Positions 1 to 7,737 of a stretch of DNA of 24,000 bases are shown in pieces. Under the pieces are notes generated by a model. The model worked only from the letters and a program-made list of their open reading frames with translations, did no database searches and was not told where the DNA came from. Source of the stretch: Streptomyces sp. ME02-8801-2C (lineage in GTDB: Bacteria > Actinomycetota > Actinomycetes > Streptomycetales > Streptomycetaceae); NCBI RefSeq assembly GCF_033793965.1, contig NZ_JARAXP010000008.1, positions 112,333-136,332 on the forward strand, given 5' to 3'. Every line of letters starts with the position of its first letter. Position 1 is the stretch's first letter. Both the position numbers and the translations under genes were made by a program.

Positions 1-2
1 GC

Positions 3-818
3 GCGCTCTCCCTCCTCTCCGAGGCCGTCATGGGCGCCTCGGACGACCCGGAGGCCGTCGAGCGCTTCGCCGGCCGGATGCAGATCGAGGCGACCCGCCT
101 CACCAGCCTCGTCCAGGAACTCATCGACCTCTCCCGGGTGCAGAACGACGACCCGCTGGAGGACGCCGAGCCCGTCCGCGTGGACGAACTCGTCGCCGAG
201 GCCGTCGACCGCTGCCGCCACCAGGCCGGTACCAAGCACATCACCATGGCCGCCGGAGGCACCGCCGACCTGCGCGTCTGGGGCAACCGCGGCCAGCTCG
301 CCGCAGCCCTCGGCAACCTCGTCGAGAACGCCGTCAACTACTCGCCCGCCGCCACCCGCGTCGGCATAGCGGCCCGCCGGGTGAACGCCCCGGGCGGCGA
401 CCTCATCGAGGTCGCCGTCACCGACCAGGGCATCGGCATCTCCGACAAGGACAAGGAGCGCATCTTCGAGCGCTTCTACCGCGTCGACCCCGCCCGCTCC
501 CGCGCCACCGGCGGTACGGGCCTCGGGCTGGCGATCGTCAAACACGTGGCCGCCTCGCACGGCGGCGAGGTCACGGTGTGGAGCTCCGAGGGCCAGGGCT
601 CCACGTTCACCCTGCGGCTGCCGGAGGCGGGCACCGGCCGCCGATCCCGAGCGAACCGGCCGCACCTGTACGACCATGACTCCCACCCCGAGTCACTCCC
701 AGACTCCGACCCCGACCCACACGCCGGGGCCGGACCGTCCGACCCCGGCGAAGAGGCCGACCGGACCACCGGCACATCCCCTTACGATCCGCTCCACGCC
801 CCGGAGGTCCTTCCGTGA
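3..818 (+). CDS. phoR: Sensor histidine kinase PhoR, C-terminal part (5' end lies outside the window)
   Basis: Frame 3 is open from the window edge (ALSLLSEAVMGASDD...). A complete HATPase_c domain is visible: N box LGNLVENAVNYS, G1 DQGIGI, F box FERFYR, G2 GGTGLGLAIVKH. The TGA stop overlaps the GTG start of the downstream response regulator (GTGA). Position upstream of carD-ispDF-cysS matches S. coelicolor phoR-phoP as I recall it. Confidence 0.88.
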   Translation, partial: ALSLLSEAVMGASDDPEAVERFAGRMQIEATRLTSLVQELIDLSRVQNDDPLEDAEPVRVDELVAEAVDRCRHQAGTKHITMAAGGTADLRVWGNRGQLAAALGNLVENAVNYSPAATRVGIAARRVNAPGGDLIEVAVTDQGIGISDKDKERIFERFYRVDPARSRATGGTGLGLAIVKHVAASHGGEVTVWSSEGQGSTFTLRLPEAGTGRRSRANRPHLYDHDSHPESLPDSDPDPHAGAGPSDPGEEADRTTGTSPYDPLHAPEVLP

Positions 819-1495
819 CCCGAGTGCTCGTCGTCGAGGACGAGGAGTCCTTCTCCGACGCCCTTTCCTACATGCTCCGCAAGGAGGGTTTCGAGGTCGC
901 CATCGCGGCCACCGGGCCCGACGGACTCGACGAGTTCGAGCGCAACGGCGCCGACCTCGTCCTCCTCGACCTGATGCTGCCGGGCCTGCCCGGCACGGAG
1001 GTCTGCCGTCAGCTGCGCGTCAAGTCCAACGTCCCGGTGATCATGGTCACCGCCAAGGACAGCGAGATCGACAAGGTCGTCGGCCTGGAGATAGGGGCCG
1101 ACGACTACGTCACCAAGCCCTTCTCCTCCCGCGAACTGGTCGCCCGCATCCGCGCCGTCCTGCGCCGCCGAGGCGAGCCCGAGGAGGTCACCCCGGCCGC
1201 GCTGGAGGCCGGCCCGGTCCGCATGGACGTCGACCGCCATGTGGTCACCGTCGCAGGCGGCAAGGTCGACCTCCCGCTCAAGGAGTTCGACCTGCTGGAG
1301 ATGCTGCTGCGCAACGCCGGCCGCGTGCTGACCCGTATGCAGCTCATCGACCGGGTGTGGGGCGCCGACTACGTGGGTGACACCAAGACCCTCGACGTCC
1401 ACGTCAAGCGCCTGCGCGCCAAGATCGAGCCGGACCCGGGCGCCCCCAGATACCTGGTCACGGTCCGCGGCCTCGGATACAAGTTCGAGCCGTAA
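815..1495 (+). CDS. phoP: OmpR/PhoB-family response regulator PhoP
   Basis: 226 aa. Receiver domain (RVLVVEDEES, DLVLLDLMLPG, MVTAKD) plus winged-helix output domain (TLDVHVKRLRAKIE, VRGLGYKF). GTG at 815 overlaps the phoR stop, suggesting translational coupling. Confidence 0.93.
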   Translation: MTRVLVVEDEESFSDALSYMLRKEGFEVAIAATGPDGLDEFERNGADLVLLDLMLPGLPGTEVCRQLRVKSNVPVIMVTAKDSEIDKVVGLEIGADDYVTKPFSSRELVARIRAVLRRRGEPEEVTPAALEAGPVRMDVDRHVVTVAGGKVDLPLKEFDLLEMLLRNAGRVLTRMQLIDRVWGADYVGDTKTLDVHVKRLRAKIEPDPGAPRYLVTVRGLGYKFEP

Positions 1496-1528
1496 ACCGG
1501 CCCGGACACCCGGCAGCGACCCGCGTCC

Positions 1529-1578
1529 GTACGCCGAAGGGCGGGACCTCTCCCAGGAGGCCCCGCCCTTCGGCGTAC
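1529..1578. terminator. Bidirectional terminator hairpin between convergent phoP and the lipoprotein gene
   Basis: Perfect 17-bp stem GTACGCCGAAGGGCGGG (1529-1545) / CCCGCCCTTCGGCGTAC (1562-1578) around a 16-nt loop that can itself pair (CCTC..GAGG). It lies 34 nt after the phoP stop and 47 nt after the stop of the minus-strand gene. Confidence 0.7.
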
Positions 1579-1624
1579 GTAGTGCTCGGGTACGACGGTC
1601 CAGTGGCCGCCGACCCGGCGCCGG

Positions 1625-2317
1625 TTACTGACCGGCGACCGCGGCGCCCGTGGCCGTCGACGACGTGCTCGGGGTGGCCCCGGCCTCGCCCGCCGCGCCG
1701 GCCCCCGTCGGGGTCGCGCTCGGGGAACCGGTCGCCGCGGGCGCGCCGGAGACGGCGGCGGAGGCGGATGGCGAGGGGCTGGTGGCGCCGCCCGGGACCT
1801 CAGGAGCCGCGGTCGGGCCCCACGAGGCGTAGAACTGCTCCGCCGGGACGACGAACGCGCGCAGGCTCACGTCACCGGTCTTGCTGAAGGTGAAGGTGAT
1901 CTTCTGCGCGTTGCCGTCCTGGACCGACTCACGGCTGCTCGGCAGCACGGCCGACGCGTTGTTCGCGCCGCCGATGACGAGCGAGCCGCCGGCCGGGATG
2001 CTCAGGTTCTTGCCCTTGGCGGGCTTCAGCTCCGCGGTCTTGCCGGTGCCGGGGACGGTGATCGACTCCAGCGTCTGGGCGGTGATGCCGCTGTTGAACA
2101 CGGTCGCCGAGACGGCGGCGGGGCCGGTCGACTCCAGCTCCGACGGGGTGATGACGACGACGTTCTGCAGCTTGATGGCCCCCACGGTGGTGGCCGCGTT
2201 GTCGGGCTTGATCTCCAGCGTCTGGGCGTTGTTTCCGGCTGCGCACCCGGCGAGCGTGGCGACCGAGAACGCGAGGGCGGATGCGGCGAGGGCGCCGCGT
2301 CGAAGGCTGCTGCTCAC
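1625..2317 (-). CDS. Secreted lipoprotein, LpqE-like, with an Ala/Pro/Ser/Thr/Gly-rich C-terminal tail
   Basis: 230 aa with a GTG start. Signal peptide plus lipobox (MSSSLRRGALAASALAFSVATLAG|C). AAGGAG Shine-Dalgarno 11 nt upstream. Divergent from carD, as lpqE is in mycobacteria (Rv3584 next to Rv3583c, from memory). No His/Met copper motif seen. Confidence 0.72.
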   Translation of the reverse strand: MSSSLRRGALAASALAFSVATLAGCAAGNNAQTLEIKPDNAATTVGAIKLQNVVVITPSELESTGPAAVSATVFNSGITAQTLESITVPGTGKTAELKPAKGKNLSIPAGGSLVIGGANNASAVLPSSRESVQDGNAQKITFTFSKTGDVSLRAFVVPAEQFYASWGPTAAPEVPGGATSPSPSASAAVSGAPAATGSPSATPTGAGAAGEAGATPSTSSTATGAAVAGQ

Positions 2318-2974
2318 GGCGGCGGCAACTCCTTGGAACGCACGGGCAGCTCCTTATAAAGCCGCCCTAAGTGACTGTCAGCGGCCTTAGGTTACCGAGC
2401 CGTTCCCGCGCCACCGCACCCGACCCGCCTCTACGGGGGAGCAGCGGCGCCGACACGGGAGAACGCGGGCGCCTCAGGAGTCGTTTTGACCCCTTCTCGG
2501 GGGCGGCGGTCCGCCATTCACATAAGTGCCGTCGGCAAAGAGAAGAGCATGCGGGGAAAATTCTGGTGAAGGAATGAAGGGCATCCAGAAATTGATCACT
2601 CATGGATCATCCGCTCGGCCATCCGCCGGATCATCCACTGGATCATCGGCCGCCGTGATCAATTCCCGATTCGGCTCCGGTCGGACTCCGCTCATCGAAC
2701 GGAGTAACGGAAGTAGCACAGTTGGAAGCGGACATAAGGGGATGTTTGGTCGCCCGGCGGGGTCTCCGGGTGCGTGTAACGCCCGGGTTTCACTTGCTTC
2801 GGAGAGCCGCTCCGACCTGCGAATACCCTCCCCTTCTTCGCCTCCGGGGCCCTTCCGAAGCACGTTCCTGTTGCAGTTGTCAAGCCCCGAGATATGCCCT
2901 GACCTGCGAAAACGCCATTCAGAAGCTGCCGTTTCCGTGTTACCCTGGATAGCCACGGAAGGGGTACCTGTCAC

Positions 2975-3457
2975 ATGACGTTCAAGGTTGGCGACACCGT
3001 GGTCTATCCCCATCACGGGGCCGCGCTGATCGAGGCCATCGAAACTCGCCAGATCAAAGGCGTGGACAAGACCTACTTGGTGCTGAAGGTCGCCCAGGGT
3101 GACCTGACTGTACGTGTGCCAGCGGACAATGCGGAGTTCGTCGGCGTACGTGATGTGGTCGGTCAGGACGGACTGGACCGGGTCTTCGAGGTCCTGCGCG
3201 CTCCGTATGCCGAGGAGCCCACGAACTGGTCGCGTCGTTACAAGGCAAATCTGGAGAAGCTCGCCTCCGGCGATGTCATCAAGGTCGCGGAAGTCGTGCG
3301 TGACCTGTGGCGTCGTGAGCGTGAGCGCGGACTGTCCGCCGGTGAGAAGCGCATGCTCGCCAAGGCTCGCCAGATTCTGGTGAGCGAGCTCGCGCTCGCG
3401 GAGAACACGAACGAGGACAAGGCCGAGGCGCTGCTCGACGAGGTGCTCGCGTCCTGA
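2975..3457 (+). CDS. carD: CarD-family RNA polymerase-binding transcription regulator
   Basis: 160 aa. [23 protein letters not shown]...[12 protein letters not shown] is the Tudor-like RNAP-interaction domain. C-terminal helical domain contains WSRRYKAN and RDLWRRE. GGAAGGGG lies upstream of the ATG. Confidence 0.95.
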   Translation: MTFKVGDTVVYPHHGAALIEAIETRQIKGVDKTYLVLKVAQGDLTVRVPADNAEFVGVRDVVGQDGLDRVFEVLRAPYAEEPTNWSRRYKANLEKLASGDVIKVAEVVRDLWRRERERGLSAGEKRMLAKARQILVSELALAENTNEDKAEALLDEVLAS

Positions 3458-3814
3458 AACTGACGGGGAACGGGCAGCACTGAAAGCCCGCTCACCCAGC
3501 TCAGCAGCACAATGAAATGCCGCGGTGCCCGATGACGTATCCAATGTCGCCGGGCGCTGCGGCATGTTCGTGCCCGGATGTTCTGCTGTTCTGCCGCGCA
3601 TCCGAGGCACCACTGGCGCCATCAGCGAATTCCCCTACCGGCAACTGCCGGTAGTACCGAATGACGTACTGAAACGCTGCAGTACCGATACTTGGTGCGC
3701 CGGGCCCGGAGACGACTCGACCGGATGTCACGGAAGGGTCCGATCGAGGCTCGCGCCCGGCACTCTTCCAGGCCATACCCACGAGGGCTCGGCACACAAA
3801 CCTGACAGGAACCG

Positions 3815-4567
3815 ATGTCTGACGAATCGCGCCCCACACCGCCCGGGGCACGTACGGCCGCGGTGATTCCGGCCGCCGGCCGGGGCGTACGCCTCGGCCC
3901 GGGCGCTCCCAAAGCGCTTCGCGCGCTGAACGGCACGCCCATGCTCGTCCACGCCGTCCGCGCGATGGCCGCCTCCCGTGCCGTCTCGCTCGTCGTCGTC
4001 GTGGCCCCGCCGGACGGCGCCGCCGAGGTCAGGACCCTTCTCGACGCCCACGCGCTGCCCGAACGCACGGACTTCGTCGTCGTCCCCGGCGGCGAGTCCA
4101 GGCAGGAGTCGGTGAAACTCGGCCTGGACGCTCTGCCGGCCGGCATCGACATCGTCCTCGTCCACGACGCGGCCCGCCCCCTCGTACCGGTGGACACCGT
4201 CGACGCCGTGATCGAGGCCGTACGGGAGGGCGCGCAGGCCGTGGTTCCCGCGCTGCCGCTCGCGGACACCGTCAAGGAGGTCGAGCCGGCCGCCGTCCAC
4301 GGCGAACCCGAACCCGTACTGGCGACACCCGAGCGGGCGCGCCTCCGCGCGGTCCAGACACCGCAGGGGTTCGCCGTCGACACCCTCGTACGGGCCCACA
4401 AGACGGTGACCGAGAACGTCACCGACGACGCGAGCATGGTGGAACAGCTGGGCCTGCCGGTCGTCGTCGTGCCCGGCCACGAGGAGGCGTTCAAGGTGAC
4501 GAGACCGCTGGATCTGGTGCTCGCGGAAGCGGTACTCGCCCGCAGGAGGCTGAACCATGGCTTCTGA
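3815..4567 (+). CDS. ispD: 2-C-methyl-D-erythritol 4-phosphate cytidylyltransferase
   Basis: 250 aa. N-terminal [14 protein letters not shown] nucleotide-binding motif, then [11 protein letters not shown] and VQTPQGF. Followed by ispF with an 11-nt overlap. Confidence 0.93.
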   Translation: MSDESRPTPPGARTAAVIPAAGRGVRLGPGAPKALRALNGTPMLVHAVRAMAASRAVSLVVVVAPPDGAAEVRTLLDAHALPERTDFVVVPGGESRQESVKLGLDALPAGIDIVLVHDAARPLVPVDTVDAVIEAVREGAQAVVPALPLADTVKEVEPAAVHGEPEPVLATPERARLRAVQTPQGFAVDTLVRAHKTVTENVTDDASMVEQLGLPVVVVPGHEEAFKVTRPLDLVLAEAVLARRRLNHGF

Positions 4568-5063
4568 GCCCGCCGCGCCGGGGCCGCTGCTGCCCCAGGT
4601 CGGCATCGGTACCGACATTCACGCTTTCGAGGAGGGCCGGGAGCTGTGGTGCGCCGGCCTGAAGTGGGAGGGCGAGGGGCCGGGGCTCGCGGGTCACTCC
4701 GACGCGGACGTCGTCGCGCACGCCGCGTGCAACGCGCTGTTCTCGGCGGCCGGCCTCGGTGACCTCGGACAGCACTTCGGCACCGGGCGTCCGGAGTGGT
4801 CCGGGGCGTCCGGGGTGACGCTGCTGACGGAGGCCGCGCGGATCGTACGGGCGGCCGGGTTCACCATCGGCAACGTCGCCGTGCAGGTCGTGGGACCGCG
4901 GCCGAAGATCGGCAAGCGGCGCGAGGAAGCGCAGAAGGTGCTGTCCGAGGCGGTCGGGGCGCCGGTGTCGGTCTCCGGCGCCACCACGGACGGGCTCGGC
5001 TTTCCGGGACGGGAAGAAGGCCTGATGGCGGTGGCGACGGCACTGGTGGCCCGTACGGGCTGA
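4557..5063 (+). CDS. ispF: 2-C-methyl-D-erythritol 2,4-cyclodiphosphate synthase
   Basis: 168 aa. Hallmark motifs [36 protein letters not shown] and [12 protein letters not shown]-like. Start overlaps the ispD stop. Confidence 0.93.
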   Translation: MASEPAAPGPLLPQVGIGTDIHAFEEGRELWCAGLKWEGEGPGLAGHSDADVVAHAACNALFSAAGLGDLGQHFGTGRPEWSGASGVTLLTEAARIVRAAGFTIGNVAVQVVGPRPKIGKRREEAQKVLSEAVGAPVSVSGATTDGLGFPGREEGLMAVATALVARTG

Positions 5064-5163
5064 GACCGCAACGCGGCGGCACCGTGGGCGGCTATGTCAC
5101 GAATATATGGCCCTTGTGGTCAAGGGGCGTGGGGCACCCGGTATCGGCCACTACCCTGGACCC

Positions 5164-6567
5164 GTGACCATTCGCCTGTACGACACCAGCGCCCGGCAGA
5201 TCCGTGACTTCGCCCCGCTCACACCGGGTTGTGTCTCGATCTACCTCTGTGGCGCCACCGTGCAGGCCGCCCCGCACATCGGGCACATCCGGTCCGGGCT
5301 CAACTTCGACATCCTGCGCCGCTGGTTCACCTACCGCGGCTACGACGTCACCTTCATCCGCAACGTCACCGACATCGACGACAAGATCATCAACAAGGCC
5401 GCCGAACAGGGGCGGCCCTGGTGGTCCATCGGTTTCGAGAACGAGCGGGCCTTCAACGACGGTTACACCGCCCTCGGCTGCCTCCCCCCGACCTACGAGC
5501 CGCGTGCAACCGGGCACGTCACCGAGATGGTCGAGATGATGCGCGGCCTCATCGAACGCGGACACGCCTACGAGGCCGACGGCAACGTCTACTTCGACGT
5601 GCGCTCCTTCCCCGGCTACCTGCAGCTGTCCAACCAGGAGCTCGACAACCTGCTCCAGCCCTCCTCGGACGGCGAGACCGGCAAGCGCGACTCCCGTGAC
5701 TTCGCCATGTGGAAGGCCGTCAAGCCGGGCGAGCCGAGCTGGGAGACACCCTGGGGGCGCGGACGGCCCGGCTGGCACCTCGAGTGCTCCGCCATGGCCC
5801 ACAAGTACCTCGGCTCCGCCTTCGACATCCACGGCGGCGGCCTCGACCTGATCTTCCCGCACCACGAGAACGAGATCGCCCAGGCCAAGGCCTTCGGCGA
5901 CGACTTCGCCGCCTACTGGCTGCACAACGCCTGGGTCACCATGAGCGGCGAGAAGATGTCGAAGTCCCTCGGCAACTCCGTCCTCGTCAGCGAGATGGTC
6001 AAGGCCTGGCGGCCCATCGTCCTGCGCTACTACCTCGGCACCCCGCACTACCGGTCGATGATCGAATACAGCGAAGAGGCCCTGCGCGAGGCCGAGTCGG
6101 CGTTCGCCCGGATCGAGGGTTTCGTGCAGCGCGTCATCGAGAAGGCCGGCGGCGTCGTCGAACCCTCCGCCGAGGTGCCGCCCGCCTTCGCCGAGGCCAT
6201 GGACGACGACCTCGGTGTGCCCCAGGCCCTGGCCGTCATCCACACCACCGTCAGGCAGGGCAACTCCGCCCTCGCCGCCGACGACAAGGAAGCCGCCGTC
6301 GCCCGCCTCGCCGAGGTGCGCGCCATGCTCGGCGTCCTCGGCCTCGACCCCCTCGACCCGCACTGGGTCGGCGAGGGCGCCGACCGGGGCGAGGACCTGC
6401 ACGGCGTCGTCGACAGCCTCGTACGACTCGTCCTCGACCAGCGCGAGGCCGCGCGCGGACGCAAGGACTGGGGCACCGCCGACGCCATCCGCGACCAGCT
6501 CAACCAGTCGGGCCTCGTCATCGAGGACAGTCCGCAGGGGCCGCGCTGGACCCTCGGCCCGCGCTGA
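5164..6567 (+). CDS. cysS: Cysteine--tRNA ligase
   Basis: Class I aaRS motifs HIGH (APHIGHIRS) and KMSKS (EKMSKSLGN), plus WHLECSAM zinc/cysteine-site residues. The tracked ORF opens at 5107. I place the start at GTG 5164 ([12 protein letters not shown]) because actinobacterial CysS proteins begin M-T-I-R-L-Y-D. This start choice is an inference. Confidence 0.94.
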   Translation: MTIRLYDTSARQIRDFAPLTPGCVSIYLCGATVQAAPHIGHIRSGLNFDILRRWFTYRGYDVTFIRNVTDIDDKIINKAAEQGRPWWSIGFENERAFNDGYTALGCLPPTYEPRATGHVTEMVEMMRGLIERGHAYEADGNVYFDVRSFPGYLQLSNQELDNLLQPSSDGETGKRDSRDFAMWKAVKPGEPSWETPWGRGRPGWHLECSAMAHKYLGSAFDIHGGGLDLIFPHHENEIAQAKAFGDDFAAYWLHNAWVTMSGEKMSKSLGNSVLVSEMVKAWRPIVLRYYLGTPHYRSMIEYSEEALREAESAFARIEGFVQRVIEKAGGVVEPSAEVPPAFAEAMDDDLGVPQALAVIHTTVRQGNSALAADDKEAAVARLAEVRAMLGVLGLDPLDPHWVGEGADRGEDLHGVVDSLVRLVLDQREAARGRKDWGTADAIRDQLNQSGLVIEDSPQGPRWTLGPR

Positions 6568-6605
6568 CCAAATCACCACAAACACGTGCATCTTCTTGAT
6601 CGATT

Positions 6606-6631
6606 GTGCCGCCCGGGTCTCCGGGCGGCAC
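6606..6631 (+). terminator. Hairpin downstream of cysS
   Basis: Perfect 11-bp stem GTGCCGCCCGG / CCGGGCGGCAC with loop GTCT, 39 nt after the cysS stop. There is no U-tract, as is common in Streptomyces. Confidence 0.55.
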
Positions 6632-6676
6632 ACTCATAGACGTACACACGCACGTCACCACACAGACAGGTAGGTC

Positions 6677-7618
6677 ATGGCCGCTAACAACCGCCGCATG
6701 TCCGGCAAGAAGGGCGCGCAGGTCGGCAGTGGCGGCCAGCGGCGCCGGGGGCTCGAGGGCAAGGGCCCGACCCCGCCCGCCGAGATGCGCAAGGGACACA
6801 AGAAGAACCGTATTGCCGGCGCCAAGGCCAAGCAGCTCCAGCGACGGCCCGCACCCAAGGGGCGCGGCGGGAAGGCCTCCTCCGAACTCGTCGTCGGGCG
6901 CAACTCCGTCGTCGAGGCGCTCCGCGAGGGCGTCCCGGCCTCCACGCTCTACGTCCAGCAGTTCATCGACAACGACGAGCGCGTGCGCGAGGCCCTCCAG
7001 CTGGTCGGCGAGCGCGGCGGGATCCACCTCATGGAGGCCCCCCGCCCCGAACTCGACCGCATGACCAACGGCCTCAACCACCAGGGCCTCGTCCTCCAGG
7101 TCCCGCCGTACGAGTACGCGCACCCCGAGGACCTCGCCAACGCCGCCTACGACAACGGCCAGGACCCCCTCATCGTCGCCCTCGACGGCGTCACCGACCC
7201 GCGCAACCTCGGCGCCGTCGTCCGCTCCGTCTCCGCCTTCGGCGGCCACGGCGTCGTCGTGCCCGAGCGGCGCGCCGCCGGTATGACCGCCGGCGCCTGG
7301 AAGACGTCCGCCGGCGCCGCCGCCCGTACGCCCGTCGCCCGCGCCACCAATCTGACGCGCGCCCTGGAGGCGTACCAGAAGGCCGGCATCGTCGTCGTCG
7401 GTCTCGCCGCCGACGGCGACGCCGAGCTCGGTGACCTCACCGCCCTCGGCGGGCCCGTCGTCATCGTCGTCGGCAGCGAGGGCAAGGGGCTGTCCCGGCT
7501 GGTCGGGGAGACCTGCGACCACCTCGTCCGGATCCCGATGCCCGGTGGCACCGAGTCCCTCAACGCCGGCGTCGCGGCCGGGATCGTGCTCTACGAAGCG
7601 GCCCGCCGACGCGCCTGA
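6677..7618 (+). CDS. rlmB: 23S rRNA (guanosine-2'-O)-methyltransferase, SpoU/TrmH family (RlmB-like)
   Basis: 313 aa. Basic Arg/Lys/Gly-rich N-terminus, then a SpoU substrate-binding domain ([12 protein letters not shown]). SPOUT motifs are [27 protein letters not shown] and [22 protein letters not shown]. Confidence 0.9.
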   Translation: MAANNRRMSGKKGAQVGSGGQRRRGLEGKGPTPPAEMRKGHKKNRIAGAKAKQLQRRPAPKGRGGKASSELVVGRNSVVEALREGVPASTLYVQQFIDNDERVREALQLVGERGGIHLMEAPRPELDRMTNGLNHQGLVLQVPPYEYAHPEDLANAAYDNGQDPLIVALDGVTDPRNLGAVVRSVSAFGGHGVVVPERRAAGMTAGAWKTSAGAAARTPVARATNLTRALEAYQKAGIVVVGLAADGDAELGDLTALGGPVVIVVGSEGKGLSRLVGETCDHLVRIPMPGGTESLNAGVAAGIVLYEAARRRA

Positions 7619-7659
7619 ACACCCGTGCACGCCGTCACCCGTACGGGGGGGAATCCGGG

Positions 7660-7732
7660 CGAGTGACGTGACCTTGACGCGGCCCGGACACATCCGCCGA
7701 GTCAAAGCAGTGTCCTAACGTCACGTCACTCG
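7660..7732 (+). promoter_or_regulatory. Long imperfect hairpin or inverted repeat immediately upstream of the DoxX-like gene
   Basis: Perfect 13-bp arms CGAGTGACGTGAC (7660-7672) and GTCACGTCACTCG (7720-7732). Nested pairing TTGAC (7674-7678)/GTCAA (7701-7705) and CGGC (7680-7683)/GCCG (7696-7699). It ends 5 nt before the 7738 start codon. Function is unknown (terminator of rlmB, attenuator or operator). Confidence 0.5.
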
Positions 7733-7737
7733 GTTAG

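Noticed and set aside
2526-2978. 150-aa plus-strand ORF filling the carD upstream region.
   Set aside because: It has Ser/Gly/Pro-rich low complexity, poor third-position GC and no Shine-Dalgarno, and it would overlap the carD start. The region is treated as regulatory DNA.
5092-6633. 513-aa minus-strand ORF antisense to cysS. Similar long shadow ORFs include 6518-7705(-), 9702-10985(+), 11016-12293(+), 12414-14048(+), 16554-18050(+), 17454-18740(-), 17849-18874(+), 19024-20001(+), 2600-3622(-), 3622-4494(-) and 3728-4618(-).
   Set aside because: Each lies opposite a gene with clear family motifs. Their translations are Arg/Pro/Gly/Ala/His-rich low complexity without any motif. Long stop-free antisense frames are expected in DNA above 70% GC.
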